Assembly (NCBI RefSeq): GCF_001194135.2
Contig: NC_068992.1
Coordinates: 7,915,666-7,979,665, forward strand
From: Octopus bimaculoides
Lineage: Eukaryota
Length of the DNA stretch: 64,000 nucleotides
Direction: 5' to 3'
Position 1 is the first letter of the stretch. Every line of letters starts with the position of its first letter. The notes under the pieces were generated by a model. That model ran no database searches. It was not told the DNA's origin and saw only the letters and a program-made list of their open reading frames with translations. Position numbers and translations under genes: made by a program. Below are positions 1 to 12,696 of this stretch, piece by piece.

Positions 1-344
1 TTGATCCGATCAACGGAACAGCCTGCTCGTGAATTTAACGTGCAAGTGGCTGAGCACTCCACAGACACGTGTACCCTTAACGTAGTTCTCGGCGATATTC
101 AGCGTGACACAGTGTGACAAGGCTGGCCCTTTGAATTACAGGTACAACAGAAACAGGAAGTAAGAGGGAGAGAAAGTTGTGATGGAAGAGTACAGCAGGG
201 TTCGCCACCATCCCCTGCCGGAGTCTCGTGGAGCTTTAGGTGTTTTCGCTCAATAAACACTCACAACGACCGGTCTGGGAATCGGAACCGCGATCCTAGG
301 ACCTCGAGTCCGCTGCCCTAACCACTGGGCCATTGCGCCTCCAC
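1..344 (-). mobile_element. tRNA-derived SINE (family A), 3' end cut by the window edge
   Basis: Minus strand starts GTGGAGGCGCAATGGCCCAGTGGTTAGGGCAGCGGACTCGAGG...GGTTCCGATTCCC: Pol III box A/box B tRNA-like head followed by a non-tRNA body. May be one of the octopus tRNA-Arg-related OR SINEs (recall, unverified). Confidence 0.8.
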
Positions 345-1230
345 AGAGAACCAACACAGTGGGAGTAAAGAGATATTCGACTTTCTCTAGTATATTCTCA
401 CTCTGCTCTTTATTGTATGTGAATTGACATTATTAGAGTGCATAATTAGTGTGCGTGCGCAACAATAATAGTACTTTGTATTCAGTTACATGTATCGAAG
501 GGTGAATAACACTGGTGACACCACGCTAACGCACGCACGTATACTCATAAACATACATATACATGAGTATATGTATGTATATGCATGTGCGTGTGTAATC
601 AGTATGTATGAAAGCATGTTTGTATGTGTGAACGTATGTTAATGAAAGGGAGGGAGTTTGGGGAAGTTTTTAACTGAAAGAATTAAGTGGACGACAGGGA
701 AAAACAAATAGGCGAGAGGGAGTGATTGAAAATATAATAAAAGTAACTTAAGATATAAAGAGAGAGTGAATGAGATAGACAGAAAAACAAGTGGAATAGG
801 TGTGGGTGAGAATAAGAGATGGATGAATGGATAGATAGAGGGGGAGAGAGAAAAAGAGAGAGAGAGTATAAGTCTGAAAGAAGTGCGACGTGGGGGCAGA
901 GAGCGACAAAAATAGGACGAAGTTACAGGAGGGTGTTGTATGTCGAGAGTAAAATTTCTCAAATAAAAAAACACTGCTCCCGTAACATTAAAAAAATCCC
1001 CACCTTACAGCAGAACCATCATTAGTTTAGTTAGCAACAAGAAGTGGGAGGTTTGTCTTGCTTGTAATATATATATATTTACATACTTGTCTGCTGTTTT
1101 CGTTGAACTTTTGCTTGACATTTTCAATCATATTCCTCGTGTAACTTTTCTGAAGAGTATTCGAACAGAACAGCTTGTCACTTACAAACGAGTGTTTCCA
1201 TATACCGGACAGTAATACATCTTTTCAACT

Positions 1231-1287
1231 ATGACAACAATTCAAGCGCCACTGCCGAACAGGAATCCAGAAATTAAATATACTCAG
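1231..1287 (+). CDS. ALDH1A: ALDH coding exon 1 ([19 protein letters not shown])
   Basis: ATG with A at -3; NPEIKYTQ matches the ALDH1 N-terminal motif; donor CAG|GTATTT at 1287/1288; phase 0 matches exon 2. Absent from the ORF track. Confidence 0.9.
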
Positions 1288-4200
1288 GTATTTTCATTTA
1301 ATTATTTATCTTTGAGTACAAGAACCTCTGTGTATGCGTGTAACGTTAGCTACTCATGCTTAAATATCATCGTTCCCAGCTTTGCTCACTAAAACAAACA
1401 CATACCGACACAGACTCCACATTCCATTCCAACCTGTAACTATCCAAATCCCACCAACTACTTTTAGGGCAATCCTGCTTCCCAAAAGCTATAGCCACCC
1501 TAAATCTATCCGATGTTATTATGTTGGCATGGTATTACTGTGAGAATTTGGTATTATTTGATCCTTTCACCCGCACGATTTTCATTAAGAAAAAAAAAAA
1601 ATAATAACTCGGACTTTTTGCGTTGAATCAAATACGCTGATCTCCTAATATGCTACAAATCCCTTATTTTTGTTCGGAAAAAATAAGGGTGGAGGAACCC
1701 CCCCCTACCATCATATCACGGAGTCACTGGAAATTTTTTGTTTTTTCGTTGAATGAATTCTGGTGACCTCTTATTGGTGGAGATGGAGTATATGTAATCT
1801 GGGTATACCCCCACTTTTAAATTTTGTTTTTTTTTTACGGAATCCTATGTTTCAGACCATGGAGAATCCGATTCTGGAAANNNNNNNNNNNNNNNNNNNN
1901 NNNNNNNNNNNNNNNNNNNNNNNNNNNNNNNNNNNNNNNNNNNNNNNNNNNNNNNNNNNNNNNNNNNNNNNNNNNNNNNNNNNNNNNNNNNNNNNNNNNN
2001 NNNNNNNNNNNNNNNNNNNNNNNNNNNNNNNNNNNNNNNNNNNNNNNNNNNNNNNNNNNNNNNNNNNNNNNNNNNNNNNNNNNNNNNNNNNNNNNNNNNN
2101 NNNNNNNNNNNNNNNNNNNNNNNNNNNNNNNNNNNNNNNNNNNNNNNNNNNNNNNNNNNNNNNNNNNNNNNNNNNNNNNNNNNNNNNNNNNNNNNNNNNN
2201 NNNNNNNNNNNNNNNNNNNNNNNNNNNNNNNNNNNNNNNNNNNNNNNNNNNNNNNNNNNNNNNNNNNNNNNNNNNNNNNNNNNNNNNNNNNNNNNNNNNN
2301 NNNNNNNNNNNNNNNNNNNNNNNNNNNNNNNNNNNNNNNNNNNNNNNNNNNNNNNNNNNNNNNNNNNNNNNNNNNNNNNNNCACTAAGAAAAGAAAAAAA
2401 TGAAAACTCGTAATTTTTGCGTGGAACCAAGTACCCTGACCTCCTAATATAATGCAAACCCCTTATTTTTATTCGGAAATTTCACCCCCACCCCCATTTT
2501 CAAATATCTTTTGCTATTTCTTTCTTTACCCATAATTTTATATAATATTTTGCTGAAGTACGTTTTCAAGAGAGTGTGGATTACATTAGATTGAAAATTC
2601 AAAGAAGTTTGAAATGAATAAGTGAAAATGCAGAGGTTATAGAAGTTAGTGGTAACGAAGTGTGTGGAGAAATAACGAACGATAAATTCATCTAAAAAAA
2701 AAAATACACGTTAGAGTTTTTGCCTGTATGTGTGAAACGAAGTAAAAGTGTAGAATATTAAGGCATTCTTTTGCCAATATTAAAACAAAAATATATTTTT
2801 CCTACCTCTTAAAATCACTGGGTATAATAATCCCAGATTGCAAAATAAATTTCCAATTTTTGGTGCTGAAATAAGTTTCATTTTTGTGTGGAGAGAGAGA
2901 GAGAGGAAGAGAGAGAGAGAGAGTGAGACAAAGAGAGAAAGAAAGAAAGAGAAGTGAGTGGGTGACATGGTTTACCCAAACTTTGAATGATGATTATGAT
3001 GATGATAATATATAATGAGAGAGAGAGAATGGTGTAATGATATATAATTATATATATCATTATCATCATCAACATTCAAAGTTTGTGTTTTTTCTGTTGT
3101 TAACGGCTTTTTTCTGGTTCCTTCGTTACTGGCTCTTTGGTTCACAAAGCGACAAATTTCGCTTCAACCCGTACAAAGTGATGGATCTTCGAGATGCATT
3201 CACAAAACTTTCATTGTCTCAAGGATAGAGGAGAAGACACCTACTTAAGGTGCCTTGTAATGAGACTACATGGAAACAAAGATGACGATGATGATGACGA
3301 TGATGATGATGATGACGATGATGATGATGATGATAATGATATGTTTTTATTTTCTTTGCTTTTTTTCTTACAGATTCTCATCAACAATGAATTTGTAAAT
3401 TCAGCCAGTGGCAAAACTTTTCCAACTCTGAATCCCTGTCTTGGAGAAACTATATGTGAAATCCAGGAAAGTGACAAGGTAAAAATATCTCTCTATCCGC
3501 CTATCCGTCCATCAATGCAACCATCTATCCATCCGTCTTCTTTGCCCACCATTCCTAGGAGGATCACAGAGGTAAAGCACCTTTTCCATAGGGTCCTTTC
3601 AGAGGCAACCATCAGTAGACTTTCTTACTGGATTACAAAGCATGAAGAAATGAGACTGTGGCTACTGTCCAACCGTCTCATTCTTGGGCTACTCCTAGGT
3701 ACTCTGTCAGCTGATCTGGCTTCAAGAATCCATCTTACAATTCTTTTCTGTGATATTCTTATCTAGTCATTCTCAATGTGGAACATATATAGAACATGGA
3801 ATTGTGAAAATCTTTTTATCACAGCAAACATACTTCACCTATATTCAGTGGAGCCAAAATTGTCTGTTGTTGGAAAACTGAGCTTACTCTGAGCTCATCA
3901 TGGCTTTTGGTGCTGAAATGATAAAACATCTAGAGACAACTAATTCACAGTTTCTAGAACCGCTCCTAGAACGTCATCATCCACTGTGTTGTTTCTTAAA
4001 ACAATAGGGTATGGTTTGAGAAAGACATGGAATCTACTATTCCTAGCAGATTTAGTGACCACATAGAGGTTCACTTTAATCTCTTATATAAATTGTAAAG
4101 ATAGGCAAGAATGGAGGTGGTTACTTATAACTGTTCTTCTAACCTGTTCATACTGGAAAGAAGGACAGTAGATTAATATTCTGCAGGGGCCTGCCTGACA

Positions 4201-5948
4201 GTCAATGGATAGAAATTTCAACCTATTTGATCTGAGTCAGATTTAGCTCAGTTAGATTTTAAATTAGCTTACAGGTACTAAGAGATTTAACCCTTTTGTT
4301 ACCAACCCGGCTGAAACCGACTCTGGCTCTGAGTACAAATGTCTTGTTTTCATAAGTTTTTAATTAAAATCTTCCACCAAACCTTAGTCACAATTTTATG
4401 TTCCTAACACTAGCTTAATGATAACTAAGTTATTTTACTAAATTCTTTGTTATATTTAAAGTAATTAAAAGAAACACAGAGCATCTCAAAAGAAATACAG
4501 TAACAAAAGGGTTAATGCTATTTTTGGCAGTTCAAGTGTAGTTGACAAGCATTAACCTTTCAGAATTCAGATTAATCTGTCAAATGTAATGCTTATTTCT
4601 TCATTGTTTTGAAATAATTATACATTATCTCATGGCTTCAAGATTTCAGTGATCTTCATCATGATCATCATCATCATTTAATGTCTGTTTTCTATGTTGG
4701 CATGGGTTGGATGGTTTGACAAGGAGCTGGCCAGCTGAAGCGCTGTCCGGGCTCCAATTGTCTGTTTTAGCATGGTTACTATGGCTGAATGCCCTTCCTA
4801 ATACCAACCACTTTCCAAGGTGTGCTTGGTGCTTTTTATGTGCTACTAGCATGGGTATATTTACATGGCACCAGCACAAGAGCATTTTACTTGGCACTGA
4901 CATAATGACATTGTAAAGTATGTGTGAGGAGCCAGATCTGACCACTTTGAACATAAAACAAGTAGAATATTTGGGCTAGATATGGTTGGTTTAAATACTA
5001 AAAGATAAAGACATTCAGTGCTACATTTAACAGTTCAAACATAGTCGACACACATTAAGAGATTCAATGCTACATTCAGAATTTTCAGTAACTGAGCTTA
5101 TTAAAAAGGTAACTGATGTGTTTTCACAATTCTTATATATTTTCAGGCTGACATAGATAAAGCTGTAGAAGCTGCTAAAGCTGCCTTCAAGAGAGGCTCC
5201 AAATGGCGCTGTATGAACGCCAGTGAGAGAGGCTTGCTACTCAACAAGTTGGGTCACTTAATTGAGAGAGACAGAATATATTTGGCTGTAAGTTGTTCAA
5301 CTTTATCACCCTTTCTTTGCATTTTGTTGTTTCTGAATTTGTTTGCAACATTTTATATTCAATCTCCTTGTGTATTTATGTGTGTGTGTGGTGTGTGTAT
5401 TTGTATGTGTATATGTGTATATATATGAATGTGTGTGTGTGCTTGCATAAGTTTTGAGAATGAGTATAGGCTTGGTACTCATGAAATGTAAGCTCATGTG
5501 AATACTCGAGTTAGTATATGTGTGTGTGTATTTATATGATCACTATTACCATTTTACATTCACTTTCCATGCTAGGTCCATCAGGCCAGTGACCACATCT
5601 TACTCTAGTGTCTTAATATCCACTTTCCAAAAAGTAAGGAAATCAAATCAAGGCCTGTGAATTATCCAAAACTCATTCTCCACATCTCTCTGAAAAAACT
5701 TCCACAACAGATTCCCTTATAATCGTAATCTACACTACCTGGAGCATGTTTATTCTTTTTCTTTTATTCTTTTACTTGTTTCAGTCATTTGACTGTGGCC
5801 ATGCTGGAGCACTGCCTTGAAGTGTTTTTGTCAAGCATTTCGACCCCAGGACTTATTATCTCTTTGGAAAACTGCTAAGTTATGGGGACTTAAACACACC
5901 AACACCAGTTGTCAAGTGATGATGGGTGGGACAAGCACAGACACAAAG

Positions 5949-5991
<43 letters not shown>

Positions 5992-6836
5992 ATATATGAC
6001 AGGCTTCTTTCAGTTACCAAATCCACTCACAAGGCTTTGGTCAGCCCAAGGTTATAGTAGAAGACATTTGCCCAAGTTACCACACAGTGGAACTGAATCC
6101 AGAACCATATGGTTGGGAAGCAAGATACCTACCACACAGCCATGCCTGTAGAAAATTTCAGTAATAAATAGGCATTTTTCATAAAGATTTTAAGAAACGA
6201 AGTTGTGACGGGGTGGGCACTTCTGTAGTTATGCCACATCAGTAGCAACTGTTGATTGATCTCTGTAAATTTTTATTTCATTTCAGAGTCTGGAAACCCT
6301 TGATAATGGTAAACCTTTCAAATCCTCTTTGGGTGACATTGAATTTAGTCTATCTGTACTGAGATATTACGCTGGTTGGGCAGACAAGATTGAAGGAAAG
6401 ACAATTCCAGTTGGTGAGTTAACTAGTATGTGTTTGCCTATGTTCATGTGGGTGTATGTGTGATGTGTGTGTATCTGTGCTTTTGTATGCATTTCTATGT
6501 ACTGAGTTATCTTGGTTGTGACTGCACATATGTGTTTTTGTATACGCCTTTGTTTGTGTGTGTGCTTTTGAATGTGCGTGTGTGTGTAGATCTGATTTGT
6601 TTAACCTTAGTTGAACAAACTTAAAATTAGACATTCCATCATTTTCTTATGTGCAAGGAACCCAGAAACATGTTGTCCAACCTGTACTTTTTATGACAAT
6701 GGGATGATATTTGAAAGAGATTTGGTTGCTATTTTTAGCAGGCCAAATGCCAATATAGAGGCTCTTTCATTGTCTTGTGCATATTTGAGTTAATTCATAG
6801 TGTTTGTCTGTGTGTGTGTGTGTGTGTTTGTGCATA

Positions 6837-6887
<51 letters not shown>

Positions 6888-9800
6888 ATGTATATATCAA
6901 ATTCAACTTACATTGAAAATCAACAAATTCCATCTGATCCTTGTAAGCATGAAAAAGTGGTCGTTAAATGGTGACATGATGAGGATAATATTCATTCTAG
7001 TTTTAAGATAGTAAAAAGGGATTTGAAAGTGATTTGGCTGTTATTTCTAGTGACCACATCAAATTAACTGCATTGGCTCATATTATTTAGTCAATTAAAG
7101 GGTTTTGAAATGGTTACTTAACCTGTTAGAGGTAGCAGCCAGATCTCCCTCAAATCATGCCCTTCTTATATAACTTTAATACTTCCAGATGGTGACTTCT
7201 TCTGCTACACCAAACATGAACCAGTTGGAATATGTGGACAGATTATTCCGGTAAGAAGAGTTATTTCTAATATTATCATTGATATCAGCACCAATAACAT
7301 ATTTTGTTTTTAATACTAATGAAAAATAGGTCATGCTTACAATATTTTCAATTTGATCAGTTTAATTTTTGACTGGTTTTAAATTAGAAATCTGTATTTC
7401 TAAACAAGAATGATAATACTCTATTTTTATCCCTTGGTAACAATTTAGAAATAAAAATTCTTAATTCAAATTCAGCCTCTGTCTCATACTATATATATAC
7501 ATCAAAGAATAAGATATTTCATGATGATCAAAGATCATGCTTACTGAATCATAATTTCATCTCTAAAAGAAGATGTTGATGGATTTAATAGTCCCATGTC
7601 TTATAATCTTAAATATTCTGTGTATTTTAAAGTACTAACACCAATAAACACTGCACTAGCACCAGTAAACACTGCACTAACAGCAGTAAACACTCCACCA
7701 ATACCAGTAAACACTGCACTAATGCCAGTAAATACTGCACTAATACCAATAAACATTAGTTACACTAGCAAACACTACACTAACAGTAGTAAACACTACA
7801 CTAGTACCAGTAAATTCTACAGTCACATTAGTAAACGTCACGCTAACAGTAATAAACACCATATTAACACCAGTAAATACAACAATGACATCATGAAACA
7901 CTACACCAATAAAAATTACAATAATACTAGAAAACACTATAGTGACACCAGTAAACACTACAGTAACACCAATAAACTAAAACAGTGAGGTTTGTTTGTT
8001 TACAGTGGAACTTTCCTCTCTTGATGTTCCTCATGAAACTTGGTCCTGCTCTGGCTTGTGGTAATGTCTGTGTTGTGAAACCTGCTGAACAGACACCTCT
8101 CACAGCTTTATATATGGGTGCATTGTTGGTAGAGGTAATTAGCTAGCAATTTCTACTTTATTATTTAACCGGTTTCCATATGTCATCCTAAATGTTATTC
8201 TTACATCATATTCGTGTATATGTGTGTGAGTGTCTGTGTATGTATTTGCAAGTGTGTGCTTGTGTGTGTGTTAATACTTTAGACTCATGTAAGGCACTGA
8301 GCTGGCAGAATCATTACCATGCTGGGCAAAATGCTTAGCAGTATTTCATTTGTCTTTACATTCTGAAATTTCTGGCCTTGTGTCAAAATTTGAAATCATT
8401 ATTATTATTATTATTATTATCATTATTATTATCATTATCATTATTATTATTATTATCATCATCATCATCAACATTATTATTATTATTACAGGCAGGTTTT
8501 CCACCTGGTGTTGTTAACATCGTACCTGGCTATGGGCCCACAGCTGGGGCAGCAATAAGCACACACCCTGAGATTAACAAAGTAGCATTCACTGGTTCAA
8601 CAGAGGTAAGTACAATATTTCTAAAACATTAAATTGAACTAAGGTAATTTTCTATTAATTCCAATAATATTTTTTATTGATAGCCTATCAATACTTTATA
8701 ATAATGACAGTAGAAATTTTCTCGATTCCTTTGCAGGATGAGCACATAGTTAAGGTGGGCTAACATAGCCTTTTGCCCATATTTACTATATATTTAATCA
8801 ATCTTATCCTGACTTAATATAATATAAACTCTTAAGATGGGGACTTGGCAGGATCTGAGAAAATTTCTGATGTTGCAAAACTTTTAAATACTTTTGAAAC
8901 TTCCTTTCAGGTGGGTCAAATAATTATGCAAGCCGCTGGTGTTTCCAACCTGAAGCGTTGTTCTCTGGAACTTGGTGGCAAAAGTCCATGTGTTATTTTT
9001 GCAGATGCTGACCGTAAGTTCACAGTTTGGAGATTTACAAAATCACATAGAAAATATATAAAACATAGAACAAAAAACACTTACTTTACCACTCATTGGT
9101 CAGTTGATATCCAAAGCTGTTTTAGTTATAGAAACAATGGATTTTTTTTTTTACATCAAATATCCAACACTGTAGTCTGTCAAAAATAGTTGTTCTAAAT
9201 CTCATGTGACACAACAACTGTTGCTGTTTACCCTTGGATTAATCAAGATTGAGCCATGACTTTCTTGTCAATTTGAGACTCACTAGGATTACAATAGGCA
9301 ATGTGCCCTTTCTTATACAAGATGCTTGATTTTGGGGGAGATTTGTGCAATATTTCTTGCAACTGTTATTTCCTATTTGCTTGTCCCTAGAAAGTATGCA
9401 AAATGATTAATATTTAGTTCACACTTTGCATTTATTACATTTATTCAAACCCCAAAGAATTCCTCTCAGTACATGTCTGTGATGTTCCCCCACTACTCCT
9501 GCTCATGATCAGAGAGGCTCATATTGTTAGCCTCTAAGGGACATGCTCAAGTGAGTAAGACCAAGTAACTGACAAGCATATCTGTGATATATACTCAACT
9601 GGTTAAGGTCAAACAACTCACAAGCAAATCCGTGGTATTGAGCAGAATGTTTGTTGTAGCCCATCTTTTTATACCAAGACAAAACAATGTACATGATAAT
9701 AGTTCCAATCAATTAAGATCAGAAGCCATGAGAGCCACTGCCTGGCACTGCATTATTATTATGATTATCATCATTATTATTAAAAGGGTGATGAATTGGC

Positions 9801-10138
9801 AAAATCGGTAGAGCATATATATATGTAAAGTTTTAATGTTCTTCATCTTTCAGTTGATTCTGCAGCAGCAACTGCTCATGAAGCTGCTATGATTTCTATG
9901 GGTCAGTGTTGCTTTGCTGGGTCTCGCACATTTGTCCAGGATTCTATCTATGATGAGTTTGTTGCCAAGAGTGTTGAACTGGCTAAAAAACGCTATGTAG
10001 GGGATCCTTTTGATAGCCAGACCATAAATGGACCACAAGTAAGTATCTCTCCTGTTATTGCAGTATATTCATGTATCTATCTATCTATCTTCTACTTCTT
10101 CTTCTTCTCCTCTTCTTCTTTTTCTCCTCCTTCTTCTT

Positions 10139-10176
<38 letters not shown>

Positions 10177-10695
10177 AGGTGGATGCAACACAGCTGTCTA
10201 AGATCATTGATCTGGTGAAGAGTGGGGAATCAGAAGGTGCCAGAATGATGTGCGGAGGAAAACAAAAAGGGGACAAAGGATATTTTATGGAACCAACCGT
10301 CTTTGCTGATGTCAAAGACAACATGAGAATCGCCAAAGAAGAGGTAAGTACCTGGGTAAAGAATGTTTGAGTAATTATTGTTCAGCCCCAGGTTAACCCC
10401 TGCTCAAACAGACTTGTGATCAAAAACATTCCAGTAATGACCATCACATTGATCTAGAAATATTTAGGACCATGCTACCTAAGGTATCTTTCACTTTCTT
10501 AAGACAGATTTGGCTGCTATTTCTAGCAACCAAATTTCATACAATTGGATACAGAGTTTATAATGGTGGTGGTGGTGGCAGCAATGGCTGTAATGCTGGC
10601 TGCAGCAGTAGTCATCGTCGTTGTACTGGTGGTGGTCATGGTGGGAGTGGTGGTGGCGGCGGTGGCGACTATGTGGGTTTTCAGCTTCATCAGCC

Positions 10696-10728
<33 letters not shown>

Positions 10729-12617
10729 CCACTATTTTCAAATGTGGGAAAATCAAGATTAGATTCTTTAGAATAATCCAAGGTAGAAAACAGGAAGAAT
10801 CATTGGACAATGTTTTGCAGTATATTTTCTAGTTCCCTGTATGTTGGGTTCAAATCCTACTGAAAGCAACTTAGATTTTTCAATCTTTCAAAGTTGATTA
10901 AATAAAGTACTTGTCTAGGGTGATAAACTGACTGCATTTTTAGAGCATGAGACGAAATTTGTGTGATATCTGAGTTTAAACTTTGGCCAAGGATTTGAGT
11001 TCTGGCACTAGCCAGGGCTTATATCATACTACCATGGGGCTGCTGCAATTACTCACTTTTTACTCTTTTACTTGTTTCAGTCATTTGACTGCGGCCATGC
11101 TGGAGCACCGCCTTTAGTCGAGCAAATTGACTCCAGGTCTTATTCTTTGTAAGCCTAGTACTTATTCTATCAGTCTCTTTTTGCTGAACTGCTAAGTTAC
11201 AGGGACGTAAACACACCAGCATCCGTTGTCAAGCGAAGTTGGGGGGGGACAAACACAGACACACAAACATAGACACACACATACATATATATATATATAC
11301 ACATATATACGACGGGCTTCTTTCAGTTTCCGTCTACCAAATCCACTCACAAGGCTTTGGTCGGTCCGAGGCTATAGTAGAAGACACTTGCCCAAGGTGC
11401 CACGCAGTGGGACTNNNNNNNNNNNNNNNNNNNNNNNNNNNNNNNNNNNNNNNNNNNNNNNNNNNNNNNNNNNNNNNNNNNNNNNNNNNNNNNNNNNNNN
11501 NNNNNNNNNNNNNNNNNNNNNNNNNNNNNNNNNNNNNNNNNNNNNNNNNNNNNNNNNNNNNNNNNNNNNNNNNNNNNNNGTGGTTGGTAAGCAAGCTACT
11601 TACCACACAACCACTCCTGCACCTATGAAATTGTTTATGAAATCTGCAATAAATAGAAGATTGTAATCTTTAGTTACTTGAGTTGGGTGGTGGTAGTGAT
11701 GATGATGATGATGATGATAAGAAAGAGTAACTGAAGATGGTAGAGTGATGGTGGCAATGGTGATAAATGACATTAATTGTGGTAATGGTGGTGGTGGTGG
11801 CTGTAGTGGTCATGATGACGAAGAGAAGGCAGAGGATACTGAAGGTGATGGTGGCAGTGAGGATGACAACACAGTGGCAGCAGTAACGGTGGTGGTGGTG
11901 GTGATGACGACGATGACGATGACGACGATCCATCCTTCACAAAATCAGTTCTGTTATTCCTTTTTCCTTCCTTCCAGATATTTGGTCCAGTACAACAAAT
12001 TATGAAGTTCCATGATATGGATGAAGTTATAGAACGTGCCAATAATACTCATTACGGATTAGCAGCTGCCATCTTTACAAAAGATATTGACAGAATTATG
12101 ACCTTCACAAATGCTATACAAGCTGGAACGGTGTGGTAAGGAACTATTACTATTTTATTAACCATCCTAATCACAGTGAAGAGCAATGGCTCTGATGTTT
12201 TCTTAAATTTTTGGTGTTGCTTTTTTTTTGTTCTTATTCTTGTTAGTCTTAGACTTCTATTACACCATATTTATGGAATATAAGATACACATGGTCATGT
12301 CAAAGTATCGGTCAATCTCTGAAAGGTTTACGGTTGAGCCTATGGTAGTGGTAACCTCCAGCATTCTTGGTCCCTGGACCATATCCCTGCTCACTGCTAT
12401 CGAGGTGGAGATGGCTATCCACAAGTGCAAGCCCCATGAATCAAAGTGGATGTTCCAGCATATCTCCCTTGGAGTCTTCCAGAGCAATGCTTTTTACCAT
12501 TTTGCCTGCTGGAATCATGAGGCAGTCTGAATTACAAGAAATTGAGAGAATGTAACAATTTTGTAGCTTACTACCTTATATAGTCCTTATATAATTATAT
12601 CACTTAAGTTCCTGACT

Positions 12618-12696
<79 letters not shown>

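Noticed and set aside
270-344. Functional tRNA genes at SINE heads (also 42793, 56430-56500)
   Set aside because: Box A/B are present but there is no intact cloverleaf or acceptor stem, and each continues into a shared SINE body.
3194-3373. 5' part of ORF 3194..3766 (poly-Asp run) as the ALDH N-terminus
   Set aside because: It is a (GAT)n microsatellite in intron 1; a clean acceptor at 3373 and a proper exon 1 at 1231-1287 explain the gene.
7596-7988. ORF with PVNTALT-like repeats as a mucin or antifreeze-type protein
   Set aside because: It is the translation of an intronic 21-bp minisatellite, with no splice or start support.
10472-10832. Gly/His/Asp-rich ORFs here and at 11670-12042 as real proteins
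   Set aside because: They are trinucleotide low-complexity tracts inside ALDH intron 10.
12260-12560. GC-balanced ORFs in ALDH intron 11 as a nested gene
   Set aside because: Short, no motifs recognised; more likely an old retroelement fragment.
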